Assembly: GCA_026388695.1 (NCBI GenBank)
Contig: JAPLJH010000063.1
Coordinates: 12,205 to 76,204, forward strand
Reading direction: 5' to 3'
Origin: Deltaproteobacteria bacterium
Lineage (GTDB): Bacteria; Desulfobacterota; Desulfobulbia; Desulfobulbales; Desulfurivibrionaceae
DNA length: 64,000 nucleotides
Shown: one piece after another, positions 9,482-18,142 of the stretch
Layout: every line of letters starts with the position of its first letter
Position numbering within the stretch: position 1 is the first letter of the stretch
The notes under the pieces: generated by a model
The model's input: only the letters and a program-made list of their open reading frames with translations
Databases searched by the model: none
What the model was told of the DNA's origin: nothing
Made by a program: the position numbers and the translations under genes

Positions 9482-10180
9482 TTATTGAATTTTTGCGCTT
9501 TTCTTCAGGTTGTGGCGCGCGCATAATAGCTGAATATTCTCGGCTTTTAACGATGTTCCGCCTTTAGAAAACGGAACAATATGATCAAAATGCAGTTCAT
9601 CGGTAGCGCCACAAGTTATACAGCGACCGCCATCACGCGCCCAGACTTCCAGCTTCACGTTTGTTGGAATAATCCGACTCCGTTCTACCAATCGATCGCG
9701 TAAATCTTCTGCTAACGATTCATCCTCGACGTCTTCGATAGCTGCTAATTTGAACTTGAAAACGTTTCGATTTCCATCGTGCTCTGTCCATGAGTCAACA
9801 AGGTGAAAATAGCCGTTATCTGACCAAATCCCGGCCTTGATTTTTTCATAGACCCGGACAATATCAGGACCTTTCTTGCCGGTTTTAAAATCTTGTGCTG
9901 CTTTATGAAATTTCCCGTTTTCTGTTAATGCTCCATTCCCACGGCCTTCGGGTTGATCTAGTAACTTTGGGTTGGCAACGTTCTTTGTCCTTGGCTCATC
10001 GTGACCTTCATAGATCAGTACAGCTCCATCTTCCTTTATTTCATCCTTGTAAGGAGCATTTGGCCGGACCGACATGAGGATTATTGAATGTTTACCTTTC
10101 AGCCTAAAATTCATCCCTTTCTGCAAACTTGTGCCTTCCTTCTGGCACATTTCTATATAGGAAATGATGTTGCCTCTCAT
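9482..10180 (-). CDS. HNH endonuclease with N-terminal SRA-like domain (putative modification-dependent restriction enzyme)
   Basis: C-terminal RDGGRCITCG..HFDHIVPFSKGG..NIQLLCARHN; N-terminal PYKD..LIYEG pattern; lower GC than flanks. Confidence 0.75.
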   Translation of the reverse strand: MRGNIISYIEMCQKEGTSLQKGMNFRLKGKHSIILMSVRPNAPYKDEIKEDGAVLIYEGHDEPRTKNVANPKLLDQPEGRGNGALTENGKFHKAAQDFKTGKKGPDIVRVYEKIKAGIWSDNGYFHLVDSWTEHDGNRNVFKFKLAAIEDVEDESLAEDLRDRLVERSRIIPTNVKLEVWARDGGRCITCGATDELHFDHIVPFSKGGTSLKAENIQLLCARHNLKKSAKIQ

Positions 10181-10212
10181 GCGCTTTTTTTCCTAACCCC
10201 CTTTGGGGGTGG

Positions 10213-11415
10213 TTATTGATGCTTTCCGCAGTGATTACAGTGCTTGCCAAAGACAAACGTCGGCTTATCGCAACTGCCGCAAGGCTTATACTGAATAAAT
10301 CCGCAAAAAGAACAGGCCTGTGATCCCTTGGGGAGTAACTTTCCGCACTGTTGGCATTGGCCTTTCATAATTCGTCGTTCCATCAGCTTTTCCCGCGAAA
10401 AAATCTTCCGCTGAAAGACATAGATGCAAAAAAGCGCCGCAGCGATTGCGAGGGCGATCACCAGATAATGCCATATGGCGATGAGTTTGAGTGACTCCAG
10501 CAGCTCGATAAGGTTTTGCAGCAGTTTTTTGGGCAGGATGTCGTAGATGGTTTCGATGATTTTGAAAAAGATAGGAATGAACGCAACAACCAGCAGGTGG
10601 GCGGAGACCAGGGTCTGGATGCCTCGGCTTTTTCTGACGCTGGCGCTGTTCCAAACGTAGAAGATTGCGAAGAGCGGCAGGAGAAAGAGTATCTGCATCC
10701 CCAGTTTTTTCAGGGGATACCAAAAGTATGCATTCTGGAGATCGGCCCGCAACTGTGCGCGGGCAGCTTGTTGTTGCGTTTCCAATTTTTCCCAAAGCAG
10801 ACGCACGGTGGGATTGTTGTTGATCTCCAGCTCCAATGCCGCGATCTGGCCGCGCAGGGTGTTCAGGGATTCGGTTTTCGCCTGGAGGTCTTTTTGTATC
10901 CGGTCAACATTGGCCTGGCCCTCCTCCTGTTTGGCAATGGTCTCCAAGAGGGAGGTGTCGTAGGCCCCTTTTTCCGTATTGATCTGGCGCTGAAGCTCTT
11001 GGGCCTCGCGGTTGAATTTCTTGCGTTCTTCAAAGACAGCGGCCAGCTCCTTGTTGTTCTTGAGCTTGTCGAAGAGATCAAGGTAGGGAGCGCAGGTTGG
11101 ATGCCATTTTCTCTTTGTTTCCGCAGGCTGATAATAGCTGTTGTTGTACGAGATGATGAGGTTGGAGAGGTTCTCGGTCCGGCTGGTGGGATTCCATTCC
11201 TGGTTTATGACAACCTCGCGGCAGAAAGAGGGGATGGAATCGTCAGGGGAGGCGAGCTGCCTGGTATGTTGCTCCATACCGGTAAAGATGGAGGTGAGGA
11301 TAAAGAAGTCGAGAAACAGGATGATGACCAGCGCCGCTTTGCTGATCGGCTGATTATCAAGGCTCGTGAGGTTGCCCTTGATCTTGAAAAACCCATCCTT
11401 TACTCGTGCAAGCAT
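10213..11415 (-). CDS. Membrane protein with periplasmic coiled coil and C-terminal double zinc ribbon
   Basis: TM segments, coiled-coil region, four CxxC pairs at the C-terminus. Confidence 0.7.
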   Translation of the reverse strand: MLARVKDGFFKIKGNLTSLDNQPISKAALVIILFLDFFILTSIFTGMEQHTRQLASPDDSIPSFCREVVINQEWNPTSRTENLSNLIISYNNSYYQPAETKRKWHPTCAPYLDLFDKLKNNKELAAVFEERKKFNREAQELQRQINTEKGAYDTSLLETIAKQEEGQANVDRIQKDLQAKTESLNTLRGQIAALELEINNNPTVRLLWEKLETQQQAARAQLRADLQNAYFWYPLKKLGMQILFLLPLFAIFYVWNSASVRKSRGIQTLVSAHLLVVAFIPIFFKIIETIYDILPKKLLQNLIELLESLKLIAIWHYLVIALAIAAALFCIYVFQRKIFSREKLMERRIMKGQCQQCGKLLPKGSQACSFCGFIQYKPCGSCDKPTFVFGKHCNHCGKHQ

Positions 11416-11438
11416 TCTTTACCCCCCCCCCGGTGTAT

Positions 11439-11603
11439 TTACACTGATCCCTGTCTTGGTTCGCCATTGGCCTTGGCTACGTTGCCTTGGGCCAGAAGAA
11501 AGGTCTCCCTGTCTCCTTCTGCAAGGGCGGCATTCAGGTATGCCGCCTCCGAATTTTTCAAGGCTTCAATCAGGTCTTCCTGGTATTCAGTTTCTTGTGT
11601 CAT
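11439..11603 (-). pseudogene. Truncated addiction-module antidote (HTH antitoxin) remnant
   Basis: YQEDLIEALKN..AAYLNAALAEGDRETFLLA.GNVAKANG resembles the antidote N-terminus but ends before the HTH; no toxin adjacent. Confidence 0.55.
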
Positions 11604-11616
11604 GCAAGCCTTCTCA

Positions 11617-12228
11617 TTACTGCTCCAGATTGGCAACGATATCCGGAATCGCCTGCTTCATCACATCCTGCATGGTATTGCGGAGCATGGTCTCGGCCAG
11701 ACGGTCGCGGTCCTTGATCGCCAGATCGCTGCCCTTTGCCTCGTAATGCAGCTTGCGCACTGGGGCGCCGTTTTTCAGCACGGTGAGGGAAACGCTGATG
11801 GTGCAGGTGGCGTCTACCTGGGGGACCTTGGTGATCTGATCTATAACCACTCGCGCCTCGGTGACCTCCACCACCTTGCTGTAAAGATCCGGGGCTTTTT
11901 TGGCCGGGATCACCGCATAACCGGTCTGGCCAAGTTCACGCTGCAAGGCGCTCTGCACCAGGCCAGCGGGGGAGACGCCGCTCCACAGGGTATCGACCAT
12001 CACGCCGTCACCGTTCTTGGTGTTGCCGATGGCCCAGGCACCGGAGGCTGTTGGCGGCTGCAACTCGGCGTTGATAAGATAAAGATCGCCCCCGCCGAAG
12101 CGGGTGGAGGTGATCGGATCGTAGCGCATCACAAGCTGTTTGGTATAGGTTGCGCAGCCTCCGAGGATGAGGAGGGCCATAAGGCCAAGGACCAGCAGGT
12201 TGCGACGGCGATGGGTGAAATGTTTCAT
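11617..12228 (-). CDS. Lipoprotein (YajG-like, tentative)
   Basis: AGGAG RBS; signal peptide with lipobox LGGC. Confidence 0.7.
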   Translation of the reverse strand: MKHFTHRRRNLLVLGLMALLILGGCATYTKQLVMRYDPITSTRFGGGDLYLINAELQPPTASGAWAIGNTKNGDGVMVDTLWSGVSPAGLVQSALQRELGQTGYAVIPAKKAPDLYSKVVEVTEARVVIDQITKVPQVDATCTISVSLTVLKNGAPVRKLHYEAKGSDLAIKDRDRLAETMLRNTMQDVMKQAIPDIVANLEQ

Positions 12229-12397
12229 GGTGTTCTCCTTGGGGTGTTCTATTTTCTCTGTGCCGGAACAGCCCGGCAGTACGTATTTTTTGGGTTAAAA
12301 AAGATGGAGGCATCGAAGCCTTCTTCATCGGAATGTTATGCCCAACGGGGTGGGGAAGTCAATGGGAAAAACCTGAAAGGACATCAAAGGGCAGGGG

Positions 12398-13444
12398 TTA
12401 TTCTTCCTCTTCGTCTGCCTCCGCCGCTAACTGGCCGCAGGCTGCGGAGATATCCCCGCCTCGGGACTCGCGGATCAGGGCGGTGATGCCGGAATTTCGC
12501 AGAGTTTGCTGGAACTGCTCCACCTGCTCGCGGGCGGGGCTTTGGTAGGGGAAGGTTTTGTTCTCGTTGTAGCGCAGGAGGTTGACCTTACAGCTCAATT
12601 TGTGCAGCTTTTTGATCAGCAGTTTGGCGTGGCGCACGGAATCGTTGAGGTCCTTGATCATGATGTACTCGATCATGATCTTGCGGCGGCTGGGCAGAGG
12701 GTAGGCGCGGCAGGCGGCCAACAGCTCGTCCACCGGGTAGGTCTTGTTGATGGGCATGAGCTGGGTGCGGGTTTCGTCATCCGCTGCGTGCAGGGAGATG
12801 GCAAGATTCACCGTCACCGCCTCGCCCAATTCCTTGAGTTTGGGGATGATGCCGCAGGTGGAGATGGTGATCCTCCGGCTGGAGAAATCAAGGCCGGTCT
12901 GCTCCATGAGGATGTTGAGGGCGTCGATCAGGTTGTCGAAGTTGGCCAACGGCTCGCCCATGCCCATGAAGACCAGGTTGTTGATCCGGTTTTTGCCTTG
13001 TGCCTGGACAATCTCGGTGATCGCCTGGACCTGGCCCACGATCTCGGCCGCGCTCAGGTTGCGGACAAAGCCCATGGTGCCGGTGAGGCAGAAGTTGCAG
13101 CCCATGGCGCAGCCCACTTGGGATGAGACGCACAGGGTTAGGCGATCACCCTCGGGGATGAGCACGGATTCGATGACTGCCCCGTCTGCCAGGCGAAAGC
13201 CATACTTGACGCTGCCGTCATGGGAGCGTTCCTCCATGGCCGGGGCGAGGCGGCTGATGGTCGCGATTTGGGCAAGCTTGGCCCGGACCTCCTTGGAGAT
13301 GTCGGTCATCTGCGAAAATTCGCTGATCCCGGTGCGGTAGAGCCAGGCAAAGATCTGCTGGGCTCGGAATGCTGGCCAGCCCTGGGCTTTGACCCAATCG
13401 CGCATCTGGAGCAGGGTGAGATTTTTTAGTTCGATTGTGTCCAT
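12398..13444 (-). CDS. rlmN: 23S rRNA m2A2503 / tRNA A37 methyltransferase
   Basis: CVSSQVGCAMGCNFC, MGMGEP, DISAACGQL. Confidence 0.96.
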   Translation of the reverse strand: MDTIELKNLTLLQMRDWVKAQGWPAFRAQQIFAWLYRTGISEFSQMTDISKEVRAKLAQIATISRLAPAMEERSHDGSVKYGFRLADGAVIESVLIPEGDRLTLCVSSQVGCAMGCNFCLTGTMGFVRNLSAAEIVGQVQAITEIVQAQGKNRINNLVFMGMGEPLANFDNLIDALNILMEQTGLDFSSRRITISTCGIIPKLKELGEAVTVNLAISLHAADDETRTQLMPINKTYPVDELLAACRAYPLPSRRKIMIEYIMIKDLNDSVRHAKLLIKKLHKLSCKVNLLRYNENKTFPYQSPAREQVEQFQQTLRNSGITALIRESRGGDISAACGQLAAEADEEEE

Positions 13445-14316
13445 TATAGAGCTCGCAGGTATTCGGGTTTGAGTCGGGTGTGTCCGGCCAGAGCTTGGTC
13501 GATGGCCGCAAGCACCGCCTCTTTGTCCCGAGGCATTCTGGCGTTGATCGCCAGGTAATTGGAGGCATGGTTGCTTTGGAGCTGGCCTTTTTTCAGGTCA
13601 AGATGCTCCACCATGGTGCGCAGCTCGCCCAACATGCCGTGTTGACTGGGGAGTTTGAATTCTCCCGCTTGTTCAAGCTGATAGAGCGGGGTGTTCTCAA
13701 GCAGCATCAGGGTAAGGATGCCGGTTTGATTGGGCTCCATGGCCGACAACACCTGGCCGGTGGCCTTGGCATGCTCCTGGGATAGATCGGCTCCGGCGAT
13801 GCCGAGCAGGGCGGTGACCGAGAGAAAAAGATTGGCCGCCTTGACCCGCTGGCCTGCCTCGATCATCTGCGCGGCATCCGCGCCTTTGTCGATGGCGGCA
13901 AGAACCCGATCGTAGCCGCTCTCCAGCCCCATGTACACCCGGTGCAAGCCGAGGGCTTTCAGCTCCAAGAGCTGATCCACGCTCTTGTTGCGGATGGCCT
14001 TGGCATTACCGTAGAGGCTGACCCGGTTCACCCAGGGCAATCGGTGTTTGATCTTGGTGAGCAAATCGACCAACCGAGATTGGTTCAGGGCAAGCACATC
14101 GCCGTCGGCCAGGAAAACCCGTGATTGCCTAAGGCAGTACTGGGCGGCAAAATCAAGGTCCGCATCAATTATGGTTTGATCCTTGATGCGGAAACGCTCT
14201 TCCTTGTAGGTGCCGCAGAAGCTGCACCGGTTATGGGAGCAGCCCACTGTCACCTGGAGGATGATGCTGTCCGCCTCGCTGGGCGGGCGGATGATGTGGG
14301 CGCCTTCGTAGTGCAT
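13444..14316 (-). CDS. Radical SAM protein, uncharacterised
   Basis: IRPPSEA, GCSHNRCSFC, GLESG, SNHASNY; stop overlaps the rlmN start (TAATG). Confidence 0.88.
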   Translation of the reverse strand: MHYEGAHIIRPPSEADSIILQVTVGCSHNRCSFCGTYKEERFRIKDQTIIDADLDFAAQYCLRQSRVFLADGDVLALNQSRLVDLLTKIKHRLPWVNRVSLYGNAKAIRNKSVDQLLELKALGLHRVYMGLESGYDRVLAAIDKGADAAQMIEAGQRVKAANLFLSVTALLGIAGADLSQEHAKATGQVLSAMEPNQTGILTLMLLENTPLYQLEQAGEFKLPSQHGMLGELRTMVEHLDLKKGQLQSNHASNYLAINARMPRDKEAVLAAIDQALAGHTRLKPEYLRAL

Positions 14317-14354
14317 GGCCGTACGTCATTACCTATGCAAAAGGAAAGAATTTT

Positions 14355-15272
14355 TCAGAAACTTTTTGGACTCTGAAAGCAGGATAAGCCCACGAAATTA
14401 TCGAGGTCTGAAGTATTCAGGGGGGACATATGCCAACCATCGTTCTTCAGGTTGAAGCAAATCGGGATTAATGGCTTCTGTTCGGGGGTGTTCTCCTTGT
14501 GCGGCCCAGTCAGCACGAGGTCAAAACCCGTGCCGTCTTTGTGCCAACCTTTGAACTTTGGAGACATGTTCTCATCATAAGAGAAAGAACGACTCAAGCA
14601 GTACAGCTCAAGAGAAGAAGTGCTCTCGCTCAATGACACAACACTGAGCCCAAATGGGGAGTTCAAGCCATCACTTGCAACAACCATATGCTTGCCATCA
14701 GGGGATAGGACGACCGTGTCGGCTGAATTGTGCGCATACACCATTTCCCCAGTCTTCGGGCTTACGAAAAAAGACCCAGGGCCGTCGTGACCGTACTGTA
14801 CTTCCACCCGGTGGAAACCGGCTGCTCCCACTGTTCCCATATAATAAAACGTCTCAGCGTCGCCATCGCCTTCCTTGCTTTCCGCGATATGCCAATCCTT
14901 GAAGGAGACAGATGGGGCAAGTTTTGGCTTGATAATGAGTAGCCTTCCCTTTCGGTTGACAAATTTTCGCTGGCTGAACACTCGTTTCTTTTCATCATTG
15001 CGAGTAGAATCCCCTAAGGAACTGATAATCTCCGGGGCTTCCCTGGTGAGTTCTGGGGAGTCAAGGATCTGCTTCGCATGCGCCGGGCTGATAGGGATAG
15101 GTTTAACAGATATATAACCCTTGGGTGCTGGTCGAGCCCGGAATACATTTCCCGACAGATCCAGAACCCCAGGCCTTTCAAATGCGTACTGATACGACGT
15201 TGACTCACCGCCAGCCCAGCATGGCAGACGGGAGCCAAGGACAAAGGTCAAGATAATGACCGCTAGAATCAT
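14355..15272 (-). CDS. Hypothetical exported protein
   Basis: Long ORF with signal-peptide-like start MILAVIILTFVLG; lower GC; start uncertain. Confidence 0.55.
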   Translation of the reverse strand: MILAVIILTFVLGSRLPCWAGGESTSYQYAFERPGVLDLSGNVFRARPAPKGYISVKPIPISPAHAKQILDSPELTREAPEIISSLGDSTRNDEKKRVFSQRKFVNRKGRLLIIKPKLAPSVSFKDWHIAESKEGDGDAETFYYMGTVGAAGFHRVEVQYGHDGPGSFFVSPKTGEMVYAHNSADTVVLSPDGKHMVVASDGLNSPFGLSVVSLSESTSSLELYCLSRSFSYDENMSPKFKGWHKDGTGFDLVLTGPHKENTPEQKPLIPICFNLKNDGWHMSPLNTSDLDNFVGLSCFQSPKSF

Positions 15273-15330
15273 CTTTTTGAAATTATACAAAGCAAGTCCT
15301 TGGTCGAATGGGGAAAAAGGTCTAAATAAA

Positions 15331-16413
15331 TCAGCTGTTCTTTTTCTCAAATTCTTTCATGAAGGCAACCAGCGCCTCAACCCCTGTCTTGGGGAAGGCG
15401 TTGTAGATCGAAGCCCGGCAGCCGCCGACGGAGCGGTGCCCCTTGAGACCGTCCATCCCCAGGGCGGTGGCCTCCTTGATGAACTGCGCCTCCAGCTCCG
15501 GGGTGGGCAGGTTGAAGGTGATGTTCATATTGGAGCGGGAGCCTGGCAGGGCATGGCCCCGGTAAAAATCGGTGGAGTCGATGGCGTTGTAGAGGATGGC
15601 CGCCTTCTCTTTATTGATCTTCTCCATGGCCGCAACGCCGCCCAATTTCTTGAGCCATTTCAGGACCAGGCCCACCACATAGATGGAAAAACAGGGCGGG
15701 GTGTTGAACATGGAACCGTTGTCGGCGTGGGTTTTGTACTTGAGCATGGTGGGCAGGTTTTCCGGCGCGCGATCCAGCAAATCCTCGCGGATGATGACCA
15801 CCGTAACCCCGGCAGGCCCCATGTTCTTCTGGGCCCCGGCATAGACGATGCCGAAAGGGGTGATGTCGAATTCGCGGGAGAGGATGTCCGAGGACATATC
15901 GGCGATGAGCATCTTCCCGCTCTTGGGCATGGCGGGAAACTGGGTGCCGTAGATGGTGTTGTTGGTTACGAAATAGAGGTATTCCGAGGCCGAATCAACG
16001 GTATAGTCGCCATCCTTGGGCACATGGTTGAAGGTGGACTCCTCGCTGGTGTAAGCAACCTGCACCTTGCCGAAGAGCTTTGCTTCCTTGATCGCTTTCT
16101 TGGCCCAGACCCCGGTGTTGAGGTAGCTGGCGGTTTTGCCCTCGCCCAGCAGGTTCATGGGGATCATGGCGAACTGCATGGAGGCGCCGCCCTGGAGGAA
16201 CAACACCTTGTAGTTGGCCGGGATCTTCATCAACTCACGGAGGTTTGCCTCGCACTCGTCCACCACCGCAATGAAATCCTTGGAGCGGTGGCTCATCTCG
16301 ATGAGGCCCATGCCCTTGTTGTTGAAGTTTACAATGTCCTTGGCGGCCTGGGCAAGAACCTCCTCGGGGAGGGTGGACGGTCCGGCGCTGAAGTTGTAAA
16401 TTCTCTCGGGCAT
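15331..16413 (-). CDS. serC: Phosphoserine aminotransferase
   Basis: YNFSAGP, EMSHRS, GAQKNMGPAG, GHRSVGG.RASIYNA. Confidence 0.97.
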   Translation of the reverse strand: MPERIYNFSAGPSTLPEEVLAQAAKDIVNFNNKGMGLIEMSHRSKDFIAVVDECEANLRELMKIPANYKVLFLQGGASMQFAMIPMNLLGEGKTASYLNTGVWAKKAIKEAKLFGKVQVAYTSEESTFNHVPKDGDYTVDSASEYLYFVTNNTIYGTQFPAMPKSGKMLIADMSSDILSREFDITPFGIVYAGAQKNMGPAGVTVVIIREDLLDRAPENLPTMLKYKTHADNGSMFNTPPCFSIYVVGLVLKWLKKLGGVAAMEKINKEKAAILYNAIDSTDFYRGHALPGSRSNMNITFNLPTPELEAQFIKEATALGMDGLKGHRSVGGCRASIYNAFPKTGVEALVAFMKEFEKKNS

Positions 16414-16588
16414 GATCTTCTCCTTTATTAAATATATGGTATATAGATGTCTTATTCGTTGATAATGCTGGTTTTTTCGGCCCGCAGGTGCTGGTGTTTC
16501 GGCCGGATTGGAAACTTGTATTTGTACCGGAAACCAGCCTGAAGAACAATTCTTTTCTTTGTCATATATTAAGGATACGCCGCAAGAC

Positions 16589-17545
16589 ATGGCTGGATCT
16601 GTTATCGAAACGCCTATTTCCAAACCTGTGCTGATTCTCATCGGCCCCACCGCCGTGGGCAAGACCGCGCTCTCCCTCGCCATGGCCGAGCGGTTTTCCT
16701 GCGAGATCGTCGGCCTGGATTCCATGCAGATTTACCGGCACATGGATATCGGCACTGCCAAGGCCACCGCCGAAGAGCGCGCCCTTGTGCCCCATCATCT
16801 TCTCGATATGGTTGATCCCGATGAGGAGTACCATGTGGCCCGCTATGTTGCGGACGCCACCGAGGCGTGTCGTCAGATCATCGGGAGGGGCAATCGCCCT
16901 CTGTTGGTTGGCGGCACAGGGCTTTATCTTAAGGGGTTGCTGGAAGGGCTGTTCGAGATTCCCGCCGTGCCGGAGACGATACGGGTCGGCCTGAACCAGC
17001 GCTTGGCGGAAGAGGGCAGGGCGGTACTTTTTGTCGAGCTCTCTCAGTGCGATCCGGAATCCGCCACCCGCATCCATCCCAATGATACCCACCGGTTGTT
17101 ACGGGCTCTGGAGATTTTCCTGGCCACCGGCCGTCCTTGGAGCGAGCATCTCCGAGAGCAAAAGGTGCAGCCTGCCTTGAGCAATGTGCTGCAGCTTGGG
17201 TTGCTGGCTGAACGGACCGCGCTCTACGAACGGATCAACCTGCGGGTGGAGCAGATGGTTGCAGGGGGCTTGCTGGCCGAGGTGGAAAAATTACTGGCCA
17301 TGGGGTATGATCCAGGTCTCAAGGCCATGCAGTCCATCGGCTACCGGCACATGGTTCAGTTTCTCCAGGGGGAATGGGATTGGAACGAGACCCTTTTTCT
17401 TCTGGCCCGGGACACCCGGCGTTATGCCAAGCGGCAGATGACTTGGTTTGGGAATGATCCCGATATCCGCTGGTTTGCGCCCACCGATACGGGGCCGATT
17501 TTTAAGTGCATCGAATCATTTCTTGCAGGTGCACAGGGAGAGTAA
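16589..17545 (+). CDS. miaA: tRNA dimethylallyltransferase
   Basis: GPTAVGKT, DSMQIYR.MDIGTAK, GGTGLY, TRRYAKRQ. Confidence 0.97.
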   Translation: MAGSVIETPISKPVLILIGPTAVGKTALSLAMAERFSCEIVGLDSMQIYRHMDIGTAKATAEERALVPHHLLDMVDPDEEYHVARYVADATEACRQIIGRGNRPLLVGGTGLYLKGLLEGLFEIPAVPETIRVGLNQRLAEEGRAVLFVELSQCDPESATRIHPNDTHRLLRALEIFLATGRPWSEHLREQKVQPALSNVLQLGLLAERTALYERINLRVEQMVAGGLLAEVEKLLAMGYDPGLKAMQSIGYRHMVQFLQGEWDWNETLFLLARDTRRYAKRQMTWFGNDPDIRWFAPTDTGPIFKCIESFLAGAQGE

Positions 17546-17554
17546 AGGTGTCAC

Positions 17555-18115
17555 ATGAACATTCCTAATCTTCTCACCATCGGCAGGATTCTGCTTATCC
17601 CCCTTCTGGTTATCTTTCTCTTAGATGGTAAGGAGCTTGCGGCCTTCTGGGTTTTTGTCCTGGCTGGCGTCACCGATGCTCTTGATGGATTTTTGGCCAG
17701 GGTGCTGAAGCAGAAAACCGAATTTGGCGCTTTTATCGACCCCATTGCCGATAAACTGCTGCTGATCACTTCGTATATCACCCTGGCGGTGCTGGGTCTT
17801 TTGCCAAAATGGCTGACCGTGATCGTGGTGAGCAGGGATGTGCTTATCTGTGGGGGGATCGGCATTCTCATGCTTTATGATCGAGACTTCAAGATAAAGC
17901 CATCCCTGGTCAGCAAGGTGACCACCTTTTTGCAACTGCTTACTGTGGTGTATTATCTTGGCCACGACTATCTTCAGCTCATTTTCCCTGTGGGGAGCTA
18001 TCTGATTTATGCCACAGCCGGTTTCACCATCCTCTCTGGAGCCCATTACATTATCCGGGGTTTACGTATTCTTGGCGACCCCGAGGCAGCGACTCCGCGT
18101 CAGGCAAAAGAATAG
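17555..18115 (+). CDS. pgsA: CDP-alcohol phosphatidyltransferase (PGP synthase)
   Basis: NIPNLLT, TDALDGFLAR..G..DPIADK. Confidence 0.85.
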   Translation: MNIPNLLTIGRILLIPLLVIFLLDGKELAAFWVFVLAGVTDALDGFLARVLKQKTEFGAFIDPIADKLLLITSYITLAVLGLLPKWLTVIVVSRDVLICGGIGILMLYDRDFKIKPSLVSKVTTFLQLLTVVYYLGHDYLQLIFPVGSYLIYATAGFTILSGAHYIIRGLRILGDPEAATPRQAKE

Positions 18116-18142
18116 TAATAATAGTTTCGCTCATCCGAAGCA

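Noticed and set aside
10516-12486. 656-aa plus-strand ORF
   Set aside because: Antisense shadow of well-formed minus-strand genes; no motifs.
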